A DNA stretch of 64,000 nt from Marsupella aquatica (Eukaryota; Plantae; Marchantiophyta), in contig OZ316891.1 of NCBI GenBank assembly GCA_973895155.1, forward strand, positions 6,171,708-6,235,707, written 5' to 3'. The position numbers and the translations under genes were made by a program. Shown here piece by piece: positions 14,201 through 25,125 of this stretch. How positions within the stretch are numbered: position 1 is the first letter of the stretch; the number at the start of each line of letters is the position of its first letter. The notes beneath the pieces were generated by a model. The model did no database searches, was not told the DNA's origin, and saw only the letters and a list, made by a program, of their open reading frames with translations.

Positions 14201-14238
14201 CTCCTCAAGTAAGCTGCTTGAGAACGAGTGACGGGCAT
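8239..14238 (-). pseudogene. gag-pol: Single-frame Gag-Pol polyprotein (~1999 codons) with two premature stops in gag; the last 1770 aa are open
   Basis: Three CCHC knuckles; protease LVDGGAG and LLGRPWL; RT LDGYSGYNQI, MPFGLCNAP, FIDD; RNase H VYVDVSG; integrase HHCC, WGIDYIGPF, SDRGTHF, WLGPF. Stops at 13978 and 13567 are absent from the other gag copy. Confidence 0.95.
8272..8285 (-). other. Polypurine tract (short, imperfect)
   Basis: Minus strand AAGCAGGGAGCTA immediately precedes the LTR TG. Confidence 0.6.
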
Positions 14239-14331
14239 TTACTCATATAAATGCAATGGTTAGTACTACGTCCTGATGTATCCTGCCTAGGTGAATACGC
14301 ACATGTCTCCCCTCTACGATATGTAGAGTGC

Positions 14332-14349
14332 CCCCTCCATCTAGCGCCA
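14332..14349 (-). other. Primer binding site (tRNA-Asn-like)
   Basis: TGGCGCTAGATGGAGGGG 12 nt downstream of the 5' LTR end and upstream of the gag ATG at 14238. Confidence 0.75.
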
Positions 14350-15261
14350 AAACAAAGGCTATGTCACGTCGTAGGCTTCGGCCTTAACTCAGACTTCAGC
14401 TTAGATGGGCACATCCCTCGTAAATCTGAGGGTTCGGGCAGGAAGGGAAGCACGTAATGCACCTTATTCTCGTAAACTAGCGCTAAGTGCGCATACTGCT
14501 AAATACGGACACCTCCTAGGTATGGTTTGTGTTCTGCCGCCGGAACGTACCTTAGTCGATAGCAGGATCGACCCCGGCTTAAGGGCTTCTAAGCCTTCGT
14601 GCTGTCCGCCTTCGATCCGGATTCGATGATACAGGTCCTCAACCCGTGCTCGCAACCACTTACCCGCAGGCTGCACCCTGTGCACGTCTCGGGTAGTGCG
14701 TTTGGCCCGGCGCTGCCACCCATATACGAGAAACCCACACACATATGCGCACACATGCATACAATCTCGATTTACACGAAGGAAAAATGATGGGAAAGGA
14801 TTTTTACTACAAAGGGAACATATGCGTACACTTAGTTGACACGACAGCCCTGGAATGCACAGGTTCAAGGCCAAGGGTGCACACTACAACGGAGCCCGGC
14901 TCCGCACTCGCCCGACAAGCTTAGTCCTACCCCCTCCCCTTGGTACTCTGTCATTCCCAGAGGTCGGGACTCCCCGCATGTCCCGCGGATGTCCGACTCT
15001 GAAACTAAAAACCCCCCCCTGCCTCTACCGAGGGGTGCACTAAATACTAAGAGCCGAGGAACAGGGCATCCTCCCGCCAAAGATTCGCTGACCAAGGTCC
15101 TAACTAAGCTGACAGTCAGGCCGGAAAACGGCTGTGTCTTATTAGAAGATCCTAATCTACGCAGGCTGGACAGCAGGGCAGCGCTGCCGTACCTAAGGCA
15201 GGTGCCTGTCCCAAGAGCCTGACTAAGCCAATCCTAATCCTAATCTATTCCTACTCCGCCG

Positions 15262-17898
15262 CTAATGCCTGGCACGCTTGCCAGAGCCGCCCGAATGGGA
15301 ACGGCCATCCCGCTGCCTTCGAAGCCTGTCATTGTCCGCTTTGAGGAGCTGGACCTGGTCCAGCAGAGATTCGTTCTCTCGCCTCGCCGCGTCCGTCTCC
15401 TCTGCTGCCTCCTGACATGCCTCCTCCAGCTGCTGGGCGTCGCTCGCCAGTTTACTCGCCAGCTGGTCCTGCTTCTCGGCCTCGGTTTGGAGCCGCGCCA
15501 TCTCGGCCTGCAGTGTGGCTATCTCCGTCGCGTCCCACTGGGCTCGCTCCTCGGCCTCCTCCAGGTCTTTCTGCCAGGTGACAGCTTGTTTCTTCAAACT
15601 GTCAATCTGGTTCCGGAGTCGTGTAATCTCGGCCTCGTTCCCAGCTTTGGCCTGTTCGGCTAGGGCGGTAAGAGCGTACGCCTTTGCTAACAACTCATCG
15701 GCGGCTGCAACCTTGGGTCGTAGTTGCATAAGCTCAGCCTCTTGAGCCGCCACTTCGTTCTTTAGGTACACGGACTCCACCCGGTACCGCTCTATCCTCT
15801 GAAGGGCCTCCGACTGGGCCCGCCCTGCCTTTACGGCGGCAACCAACTCCTGATTGAAGAAACAGGCTACCTTCCGAGCCATGAACTCCCCGGTATCCCG
15901 GGCAATTTGATGAGAGAAATCTCCCAGAAGCCCGTTCAGAAACGTACCCTGTACGAAGAGTTCCGGGTGGTCCAAGTTGTGCCTGTCCGGATTTGGGCAC
16001 GGGCAGACATCAACACGCGCAGGGGCCGGGGCAGTGACGTCCAGCCCTGGGGACATAACGTTGGAAGGGGCCGGAGTATCCTCCTGCAGCGATGTCCGGT
16101 TTTCCAGAATTGCCACCGGCGGGTCCTTGGGAGACCCGGGTTTGGGTAAGACCTCTGCCGTACCAACTTCTGTACTTAGCCCGGCTAGTTGGGTCGCATC
16201 AACGGTTGCGACGACCGACCCCTCCGGCGCCTCCTCGGTTACGATTACAGCTATTTGTGGAGGTGGGGTGGGTGAAGCTGGCGTGTCCACTGGACTTCGG
16301 GCCTCGGGTTGGGGTCGTCTCTCCAATGCCGGAAAAACCCACCTAGCTGGGACCAGCTTTGTAACGTTGATGCGGGGAAGGGTTCGTCGATCAAACCGGG
16401 CATACCACTCAAGAATGATTTCGATGTGGCTAGTGAAATACGCCTTCCCGCCAATGTACAGCGTCTTCCTTCGCCGCTCCATCTCTTCATGGAATTTCTT
16501 AGCGAAGTACGACGCCCACTTCCTAGGTCGATAGTTCTCGACCTGGATGACCTGGGCGGCGGAGATCTCCCCCCGGGGTTCCATCAAGTGGAGAGCGTAC
16601 CTCTGGAACTCCAGCCGCTCAGCTATCTCGGGCATGAGGCAGGTCCTCATCACGAACCCGTTGTCTACTGATCCCTCTGAGGGAAAACTTGAAGATTGGT
16701 ACTTGGCCCCCTTGCCCCCGGGAGCCCGTGATTCGACTCGATGGTCACCTTCGGGTAACCCGAAGATCATCTTGAGCCGTTCTTCTGTGAGGGACATATT
16801 CCTTCCCCGCAGCCGAGTCTGTTGACGTACGTCGTCATAATTCTTGACGAATTCTGTCATGTCCTCCCCGTAGTACCTGCAAGTGTTCCAGGGGAGAGAG
16901 GCGAGGTGCTCAAATCCCTGAGTCTTCAGGTACACCGCATGCTTGGGATGGAGGATGTTGCTGTGAACGTTTTCCCCCATGCGATGCATCGTTACCTTGG
17001 CTACGGCTACCGTGGCTAACGGTAACCCGGATGCACTGGCGGATTCCTTTCTCTTCTTTCCCCGTGACTGACTCGGGGAAGGTGATACTTCCCCATCCTC
17101 CCGATCGGGCCTGGGGAGTGCCACTGCGGTTGGTAACGGGCCCGGGGCGGCCACGGTCACCATGTTGTCTGCTGGGGCCGCTCCTGGGGTCAGAGCAGGG
17201 GGTGGGGACGGTATAGTGTCGGCCCCCCGAGCGCTTGTTCCTCTGGGCCGCCTGGTCAAGGGTGGGGTAGCCTCGTCGTCATCGCTAAGATCCACAGCGT
17301 TGATGACGGAGCGTACCTGTGCTGGCTGGGTGATAGGTGGTGGGGTTTGGCTAGGCTGCGGCTGAGGCTGAAGCTGAAGCTGAGGTTGCATGGGCACGGG
17401 AACGGGTACGGGTCCGGCTGAGTTGGTCATGTTGGTTGATGGCCGAGTTCCCATGAAGCTCTGTAGGTGCTGGTAGAAGTTCTCCGAAGCGAGTGCGGAC
17501 GCCCTTGTCGAACGGTTGGTACTGGACTCGCCGTTAATGACTGCCCGAACCTGGGCAGGGATGTGGTCGAAGTGATGTCGCTGCAGGTCGATTGTACCCG
17601 GGATATTGAAGACCTCGTCCGGAAGCCGAAGCAATGCTTCCCAGAACCCGATATATTTGTCTCCGTCAAAGAAGTACCCAGATACCTCAGCTGGTTGGTA
17701 AAGCTCGCTCTGAGACGGGTAGTCAAAGTTAAGGACGTAGTGGTGTCGTCCTGCTAGGCGGATGGCTCTCTCGTATTCGCGTTCGATCTCGTATCGGCGC
17801 GGGTTGGCGTGTTTCAATGAATCGGCCAAGTGCCTTCCGGTAGATAGGAACTGCGTCCAGAATCGAATGGCCGAGCTGGAGAGGATCGTGTGCGACAT
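15262..17898 (-). CDS. Intact 878-aa accessory protein encoded inside the LTR; central domain resembles Athila ORF1/Transposase_32-type proteins, with a C-terminal coiled coil and basic tail
   Basis: Uninterrupted ORF; motif EFVKNYD..TRLRGRNMSLTEERLKMIFGLP; Pro-rich linkers; heptad-rich C-terminus ending GKRARH. Family assignment is by eye. Confidence 0.8.
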   Translation of the reverse strand: MSHTILSSSAIRFWTQFLSTGRHLADSLKHANPRRYEIEREYERAIRLAGRHHYVLNFDYPSQSELYQPAEVSGYFFDGDKYIGFWEALLRLPDEVFNIPGTIDLQRHHFDHIPAQVRAVINGESSTNRSTRASALASENFYQHLQSFMGTRPSTNMTNSAGPVPVPVPMQPQLQLQPQPQPSQTPPPITQPAQVRSVINAVDLSDDDEATPPLTRRPRGTSARGADTIPSPPPALTPGAAPADNMVTVAAPGPLPTAVALPRPDREDGEVSPSPSQSRGKKRKESASASGLPLATVAVAKVTMHRMGENVHSNILHPKHAVYLKTQGFEHLASLPWNTCRYYGEDMTEFVKNYDDVRQQTRLRGRNMSLTEERLKMIFGLPEGDHRVESRAPGGKGAKYQSSSFPSEGSVDNGFVMRTCLMPEIAERLEFQRYALHLMEPRGEISAAQVIQVENYRPRKWASYFAKKFHEEMERRRKTLYIGGKAYFTSHIEIILEWYARFDRRTLPRINVTKLVPARWVFPALERRPQPEARSPVDTPASPTPPPQIAVIVTEEAPEGSVVATVDATQLAGLSTEVGTAEVLPKPGSPKDPPVAILENRTSLQEDTPAPSNVMSPGLDVTAPAPARVDVCPCPNPDRHNLDHPELFVQGTFLNGLLGDFSHQIARDTGEFMARKVACFFNQELVAAVKAGRAQSEALQRIERYRVESVYLKNEVAAQEAELMQLRPKVAAADELLAKAYALTALAEQAKAGNEAEITRLRNQIDSLKKQAVTWQKDLEEAEERAQWDATEIATLQAEMARLQTEAEKQDQLASKLASDAQQLEEACQEAAEETDAARRENESLLDQVQLLKADNDRLRRQRDGRSHSGGSGKRARH

Positions 17899-17999
17899 TC
17901 AGAGGAGATAGTAGTGGCGACCTAGAGAGAACGAGAGAGCTGGGGTCGAAGCTGGCGCGCGGACTGATGGACTGGTGCACTACAAAGGGTTGGCTCCCC

Positions 18000-18006
18000 T
18001 TTTATA
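18000..18006 (-). promoter_or_regulatory. Candidate TATA box in the LTR (equivalent site near 7907-7913)
   Basis: TATAAAA on the minus strand ~100 bp upstream of the in-LTR ORF ATG. Confidence 0.5.
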
Positions 18007-18535
18007 CTTTGAGGGCTTGTCGATCCCCGACGTCTCCTCGACGCCCATAGGTTGAACCGCTCACGCTTGTGGTGTACCGGCCACTCCGCCGGTCTGAGTC
18101 AGCGTGCGTCAGTGGCCGCTTCCTTAAGTTTGTTATACGGACCCGAGGGAGGGGCCCCTCCATGCTCATAACCCGGGTGTGCGAATAGCGACCCGCCGCC
18201 AGCCCGAACCTGAAGTCCCCCTTATTGCCTAATGATGTCCTACCCCTAATGATTACCTAAATACTGTCGTTATGCTAATAATAGCGGCCTAAGACCCACC
18301 TAACGCGCGTGCCGAGCGCAGTTAGACTGAATCACTCATTAACCGCCGTACCGGCGGCGTCACAAGTACCTTGCTCAAATGCTTTGTCTTGGACCAGGAT
18401 ACCGCTTGCTGAAGGTAGACCAATAATATCCTTCGATGGAAGAGATGCTATGACAAAACTTTGGTCTGTCCATATATGATTTCCAAACATAATATTTTAG
18501 GTTATTGTGAAAAATAGAAGAACGAAACCATAATA

Positions 18536-21500
18536 TTAACCTCCACTACTAAATGACCCATATTCATCTATCATTTTATCACCTAGATCACTTTGGATAT
18601 CAGAATTGACGCCAACAGGAAGCTGCTCCACCAACGTTGGCGGCGCAAACACTGGACTCAATCTCAATTTGTCTATTATGTAATCAGGTTTGACCATTAA
18701 CTTAGGCGCATCCTCCAAAGTTTCTTTCAATCCAACTTTAGGTCCATTTCTCCAAATGAAATGGGTTGCATGACGGACTGTCTTCATATATCCTGTTCTA
18801 CCTATCTCAGATCCCGACTTTTGAGACAAGCGTAATATTATGGGGCTTCCGCTTGACATCCTTGTGAAGACCAATTTATTCCCTGACGAACAAAATTGAG
18901 GAGACTCGGAACAAGTTGGGTCAATTGCAAGCTTGAGGGGGGCAAAAAGGATATCCAATTTCTCCACCAAAAGGATTCTAGTCCTTCCCAATTTACAAGG
19001 GGTGGACAAGGTGTTACACCAAATGGCTAGGATTAGTTTGTTGAGATTGGATGGTGAGATCTTGCATGCCAAGTCTTTGGAAGTGTGTCCAGGCTTTTAG
19101 GAAGTCCCAATCTTCTTGGAAGTGTGCACAACAATTTTGGAAGTGTGTCAAACCTTTATGGAAGTGGTGTTCAACTAAATCTTTATGATCTTTGAGTCCT
19201 TTTTCTCTCCGTTTTGAGCTAATCCTTTTTGCGTCCTTTTGCCCCCCTCAATCTTGCAATTGACCGTTGAAGCACCTGCCTCTTCAGCTTCAACATTTGT
19301 TGTCTCTCCAAGTGGACGGTTGACTTCAATCGCTTGTGCAATACCAACTTGTAGGTCCGTGGTGGGTGTAGTGGCCCCAATATTCTGCCAACCTGCATCC
19401 AATGTGCACGATACCTGCGGTCTCTCGGGATGCAATTTTGATACTTCAGGGTTGAGAGGATTTGCTGGAGGGTCGCCCTCAGGGCGACCCGACATCACTA
19501 TGTCGAGTTGAGGTAGCCCTTCAACATCGTAGGTAGTAATGCCAACCATTTCTGTTGCTCGAGCATCCCAATTTCCGCCAAAATCCTCCTCTACCATAGG
19601 ACTTGAACCTCCATCATCATGTTGCAACTCACCATCCTCAAGGTCAACTTGCTGAGGGCCCAGTTGGGGGTTGTCCATAGGCCCGCAAAGAACACTTAGA
19701 TGAGCTCTACTAGGACCATGTACTCCCATCCACTCTTTCATAAGGGAGGGAATCCTGTTGCACAAAACCCTTGCATATGCTTGGGTGAAATGGTGTTCTT
19801 GCAAAGTGTCTGAATAGACAAAACAAGGCCACCTTCAAAACCTGCCCTCCTGAAAAAAAATCGAGGACAGTCTCCCCCTCACCAGAAAAACATTCAATAA
19901 TATTTTTGAGCATGTGTCGGGGCTTGGCATGCAGATTGACAAATCCTCCTCGACTTCCGACCATCTCAAACATTGGAGCTTGCCGCAATAAATCTGCCAT
20001 ATCAAATGCGGGAGACTGCTCCTCTGTCTCATTCTCTTTTCCCTTGCTTTTCTCTTGCTTGTCAGCCTTCACTTCAATATTGAAATCACAGTCAACATCG
20101 GGGTGAAAACTAAATTTTGAATTGAACTCTGGCTTAAACAATTGATTCCAATCAAAATTGTCTTCACCTGTAATTCCAGCAAAAATGACCTGCTCAATAG
20201 CTCCTGTAAAAATTAAGCCCTGCGGATTTGGGCGATCTTCCCGATCATAACTCCCGTATTCAACATGGATGGCCAAACGCTTTTCATGTCCTAATTTCCT
20301 TAGGGCACTCAAGATGTTGGCTGGAAGTGGCCCTGGATGAGTAGTCATGACAACTACAATGGTTGTATTCCTTGGCAACTCCACAATATATTGGAGCAAT
20401 ACAAAAATTTCCGAATCTGTCCATTCATGTTGTCGAATGCGCTACTAAAATCAACAATTGCAAGTGGACACGTTGGCTTCGCCTCTTCCAATAACTCTGG
20501 CGTGGTTGTCTTCATTAGATTCTCACTGAAGAACAGATGTCAAGAAAGGCTTTGTTCGTGTGCGCCCAACTCCACCAAATTGTTTGCAGTACCTCCCGTC
20601 TAATCTCACCATTAGACTTTGAGGGAAAGCCTCCTTCACAATATTCTTCCTTAATAAACTGCTAAGGTAGACCTCCCCATCTGCTCTTCGCAATTTTGTC
20701 AACTCAAGTTGAGATCCCAAGGCCGGCATGATGTTGACCACCGAAGCCCACGATGTCCCCCCGGGAAACTTCTCCTTGTGCTTCTCAACAAAGTACTCAA
20801 CAATGACTTGCTTCAATTTAGTCATTACCTTGATGGTATGAGCCATATCTGGCATTGACACCAGATCCATCTTGTTGGACCTCGGCATCTTTCTTGAGAA
20901 GTGCTTTCTTCTCATAAACCGCGGTCAATATATCAATGATATCCTTAGAACTGATCTCCCCTTCAAAACATCTAAAAAGAGTTGGCGTGACCAACTTTAG
21001 TGGCCGCAGCCCACCATACTCTCCTGCCCCACCAGGGAGCTTCCCTGCCAACCAATCCCAACAAACAGTTTGCCATAAATGGAAAAGCTTATCCTCAGCA
21101 AAGAGCAACCAAAAAATGGCTTTCAGGCTCGACTTTCCCATTGTTATCTTTGCGAGGGAAAACCAATCCTGCATTTACATTCATCCACCAAAAAACATGT
21201 TAGATGTTTAAACTTAGAAATTTCAACTTCTCTGCCTCGCCCCTAGAGCAAGGCAAAGAAAATGACAAAGCCATATGAAAATGGTTGGGGCAATCATTGT
21301 ATTCATAGTTCAATTCCGTTTGGGTCGCTCCAAGAGCGAGGCAAAATTAAACTACAGTTCCAACTAATGAAAATGTTTACCTGGTATTTCTGGTTGTTTG
21401 TACTTTGGTTTGTTCCAATTCCTAGATGCGGTGGTTTCCCACATTCATCAAATTGCCTTCTCGCATGAACAACTGTCTCTAGAAAACAAGACTTAAACTG

Positions 21501-22900
21501 CATGGTCTGATTTACTGCATTTGAAAGGCTCGAGTGCTTGACCAAAATTGCCCTTGGAGTGAGGTCTGATAAGATCCTCGCTTTCCAATATTGGAGTTTG
21601 CTAGCAAGATCAGTTAGCTTGGCATGCTTGTCTGCCCACCCTTGAATCCATTGTGTAGCCTTTGCAGAATGTTGCCCACTGATTGCAAGAAATTGTATCT
21701 CTTGCTTCTTAACACCAAACAAAAACTGCTTCCGATCGCGTGCGGTATTGTCAAAATGTAACAACTGCTTAGTGCGCTCTAGAAATGGAATCAAATCTGC
21801 AACATGTGGTTCCTGGCCAGGGTTTTTCATCATTGATTTTGCTATCTCTAAGGCATGAGCCTGGTTGAACATCCGATACACAAAAACTGCAGTAGGCGGA
21901 AGAATACTTTTAACCGGGATTTCAAAAACCTCCCTGATTCCAAAAGTGTAGTATTGCTCGATGTTCTGCAAAGCTTTCTGCCCCTCCAATACATCTCGTT
22001 CCTCTGGTGCATCTATTGGGCATGTATCATCCTCCGGATCCAAGACCAACCTTGCTTTTGACGTTGACACGGGCTTTTATTTTCCAATCTTGGCCTTCTT
22101 CTTGGGCTTCTTGTCGGAGTCCTTATCTTTCTTCTAGTACTTCCTTCACTCCTTGGCTCTCTTTGTTTTCTCTTCTTCTGTGTTTCAGCCGACGTCATTT
22201 CTTTGGCCTTCATCTTCATCTTCCCCTTACCTCGATGCTTTTCTTCCTTCTTCTTTTGAGTTGAAATCCACTTCATGCAAGCATCTTCGTCAAACTCATC
22301 AGAGAAAATAAAATTCTTATCAATTGCTTGCTCATATGAAAAGCGTGTTGTTTCAATCATCCTCTGGACAACCCATGTGTTAGGAAGATCTATAAGGTCC
22401 GGATGATCATGCATGTACCACTTCACAGAGAGGAATCCAAAGACAACATCAACCCCACTCAATTTGAATCTTCCATGCCTCTCAAGAACATCCTCTACAG
22501 TGAACCCATCTGGAAGAAATCCCATTGAACAAATACTAGCCTCCAAGCGTGCTATCCACTCCACGTTGATAATTGACGAGTACATCTTGATTGGCAAGTA
22601 AAGTCTCATCCACTAAGATCTTTCTCTGGATTCAATAATGATTGTAACATTGCGATTATCACTGCAATTTACAAGGACCACAGGGCCCAACGCAACTATC
22701 TTCTTGTCGTTCATTGTCTCAGTAGTGATTGCCTTGATACAAATCATCGACAAGTCATTCTCCATGATCCCTACTTCAAGTGCCCACAAAAATCCTGCCT
22801 TATCTTGTCCAGGGAAAATAAAGTCCTTGACATCCTTGGCCATAATATTTAACTCTGGGGATCCAAGTTGTTCTCCTGGCAAAACAAATTGAAACGACAA
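18536..22900 (-). pseudogene. Decayed transposon cargo gene: ParB/Srx-like domain, helical region, beta-class N4/N6 DNA MTase-like domain
   Basis: Chain of overlapping minus-strand ORFs. ParB-like IPVKSILPP..YRMFN..EIAKSMM..FLAISGQHSAKA. Phase-0 GT-AG intron 21380-21169 joins KYQ|DWF. MTase-like KPRHMLKNIIECFSGEGETVLDFFSGG at ~19845-19926. Removing the MITE at 18919-19265 fuses two ORFs in frame (AS-TCSESPQ). Confidence 0.65.
18919..19265. mobile_element. MITE, 347 bp, GGTCAA termini, 4-bp TSD
   Basis: TIR ggtcaattgcaagcttgagggggg / cccccctcaatcttgcaattgacc; TSD GTTG at 18915-18918 and 19266-19269. Confidence 0.9.
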
Positions 22901-22980
22901 ACATTAAAGCAAGAGATCTTCTGTGTCGCCTCGCCCCTAGAGCGAGCTGGAGACAAGGTCTGCATCAACAAACATGTGGG

Positions 22981-23300
22981 TTGGGTCGCTCCTGGAGCGA
23001 CCCTAGGAAAACTTAAATCAAGGTCCAACCAACAACAAATTTGGGTCGCTCTTGGAGCGACCCTAGGAAAACTTAAATCAAGGTCCAACCAACAACAAAT
23101 TTGGGTCGCTCTTGGAGCGACCCTAGGAAAACTTAAATCAAGGTCCAACCAACAACAAAGTTGGGTCGCTCCTGGAGCGACCCTAGGAAAACTTAAATCA
23201 AGGTCCAACCAACAACAAAGTTGGGTTGCTCCTGGAGCGACCCTAGGAAAACTTAAATCAAGGTCCAACCAACAACAAAGTTGGGTTGCTCCTGGAGCGA
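22981..23300. repeat. 60-bp tandem repeat (~5.3 units), each with a perfect or near-perfect palindrome GGGTCGCTC-N3-GAGCGACCC
   Basis: Units start at 22981, 23041, 23101, 23161, 23221 and 23281 (partial). Confidence 0.95.
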
Positions 23301-23861
23301 TCCACGACAAATCTTAGGCAAGATAGGGTCGCTCTAAGAGCGACCCTTCAAAGACTAACTTGCATCAATTGTTGAATCATACTTACGTGGAACTGTGATA
23401 TGAAATCCCTTTGAGGCGGCCAAAGCGGATTCCACCGACATCTTTAGTAAAGTGTCTTGAGAATCATACTCAAAGATTTTACTAGAATCAAAGTTCAGGG
23501 ACTGCCCAGAACTAGAAGTGCTAGTAGAATCATCAGAACTAGAGGAAGTGGCCATTGAAAAATGCCTCACAAACGTTTAGATGACACGTGGCAGCCTAGG
23601 ATACGAGAACGCCTATAGCTAGACCACACCACGGAGCGAGCCTACAGAGCGAGGAAAAAAATCTACTATGAGCAAGGCAAAATCAACAGAGTGAGGCAAG
23701 AAAATCTACTATGAGCGAGGCAAGAAGGAGGAGGGAAACCAGGGCAGCCGGGCAAGAAGACAATGAAGGAGGAGATGGATGCAAGAAGACAATGAGGCAA
23801 ATGAGGTAATGTCTTTGCCTTTTGCCTTCCTATACCCTCAGTACTGCCACGGCCGATCCTA

Positions 23862-23952
23862 CCTGCGACCCCCAGCCACGGCCGATCGTACCTTCAACGC
23901 CCAGCCATGGCCGATCGTACCTTCAACGCCCAGCCATGGCCGATCGTACCTT
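23862..23952. repeat. 29-bp tandem repeat (~3 units)
   Basis: Repeated ccagccatggccgatcgtaccttcaacgc. Confidence 0.8.
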
Positions 23953-24774
23953 TGCCTTACGCAACCCAGCCACTTGCTCTCTTCCACGCGCCTGTGAACT
24001 CGCAACCCTCATAATGACCTAGCTATACGGGTATCCATAGATTTTGAAAAATAATGCACGGTCGTACAGGTGTCCACAGAATGCCGATCAGAGTAATCAG
24101 ACTTTCAGCCACTTGATGTTGTGAACCCCTGACAAACTTGGCTAAAGCCTGCTCACAAATGGTATAAAGCTCTACAGTTCCAATCATTTCTCTCTTTTGT
24201 ATGGCGCATGTGTTTCTGGTCATTGCTCACTCTCGGTCTCGCCCTTTGGCCCTTGTCTCTCTTGCTTCTATTCGGTGACTGATTCAACTGACTTGGACAT
24301 TTATGGTTACAAGAGTTCGTGCAAGGAAAGTCCTGTTTCAAGTACATTGCATTAGTTTTGGTGTCCTTGGTTGGCGACACGTCTTCTACAGTCCTTAAGA
24401 GAGGTATTACTTCATCTACCATTCTCTTAATTTCTTCTCTATGATATCCACCAAATATTTGGCCCTAGCTTTATCTTAATATATGGACCAAAGTAAGCCC
24501 TAGATAATGTAGGGTTCCTAACGACACACTCGTCTACCCACACGTCTACACACTTCAATGGTCTAATTCAGCTTAATCATTCCCATGATTTATTCATTTC
24601 CATATTTTCTCTTTTCCTTCACAATTCTTGCTTCTCCAAGAGTGTGCTCGTCTTTTCTTGCTCTTCCCTTGCCTCGCTCCAAGAGCGTCATGCCCGTGCC
24701 TCGCTCCAAGAGCGTCATACACTTACCTTTCATCAGGAGCATCCTGCCCTTTCTTTTCTCCAAGGGCATCCGCT

Positions 24775-25125
24775 CTCCATTGCCTCGCCCTCAAAGCGTC
24801 CCTCAACCGCCTTGCCCCTAGAGCAACCCTCATTCACCTTGCCCCTAGAGCGTCTCTCCATTGCCTTGCCCCTAGAGCGACCCTCATTCACCTCGCCCCT
24901 AGAGCGACCCTCATTCACCCCGCCCCTAGAGCGTCCCTCCATTGCCTCGCCTCTAGAGCGACCCTCCGTCGCCTCGCCCCTAGAGCGACCCTCCATCGCC
25001 TTGCCCCAAGAGTGACCCTCCATCGCCTTGCCCCTAGAGCGACCCTCCATCGCCTTGCCCCTAGAGCGTCCCTCAATCACCTCGCCCCTAGAGCGTCGTA
25101 ACCTTGCCTCGCTCCAAGAGCATCC
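24775..25125. repeat. 27-bp minisatellite (~12 units) with core TCGCCCCTAGAGCGA
   Basis: Repeated cctcgcccctagagcgaccctccatcg variants upstream of the transposase start. Confidence 0.9.

Larger units (their letters stand above)
2373..18364 (-). mobile_element. Tandem Ty3/gypsy non-chromovirus LTR retrotransposon: LTR-internal-LTR-truncated internal
   Basis: ~10.09-kb direct periodicity (e.g. stops at 5169 and 15262). Two 4-kb LTRs, each followed by a PBS and gag. Domain order PR-RT-RH-INT; no chromodomain seen. Confidence 0.95.
14362..18364 (-). repeat. 5' LTR (4003 bp)
   Basis: TG...CA ends with an 8/10 terminal inverted match; identity to 4270-8271 stops exactly at ggcgtcaca (18364 / 8271). 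Confidence 0.9.

Noticed and set aside
3062-17757. Many 60-185-aa plus-strand ORFs across the retroelement
   Set aside because: Antisense shadows of GC-rich coding sequence with no recognisable motifs.
15262-17898. In-LTR ORF as a true envelope glycoprotein
   Set aside because: No signal peptide or hydrophobic transmembrane stretch is visible; basic NLS-like motifs and a coiled coil suggest a soluble protein.
22849-23317. 149-aa and 153-aa ORFs with 20-aa repeats (also the ORFs at 24628-25101)
   Set aside because: They are by-products of stop-free 60-bp and 27-bp tandem repeats, open on both strands.
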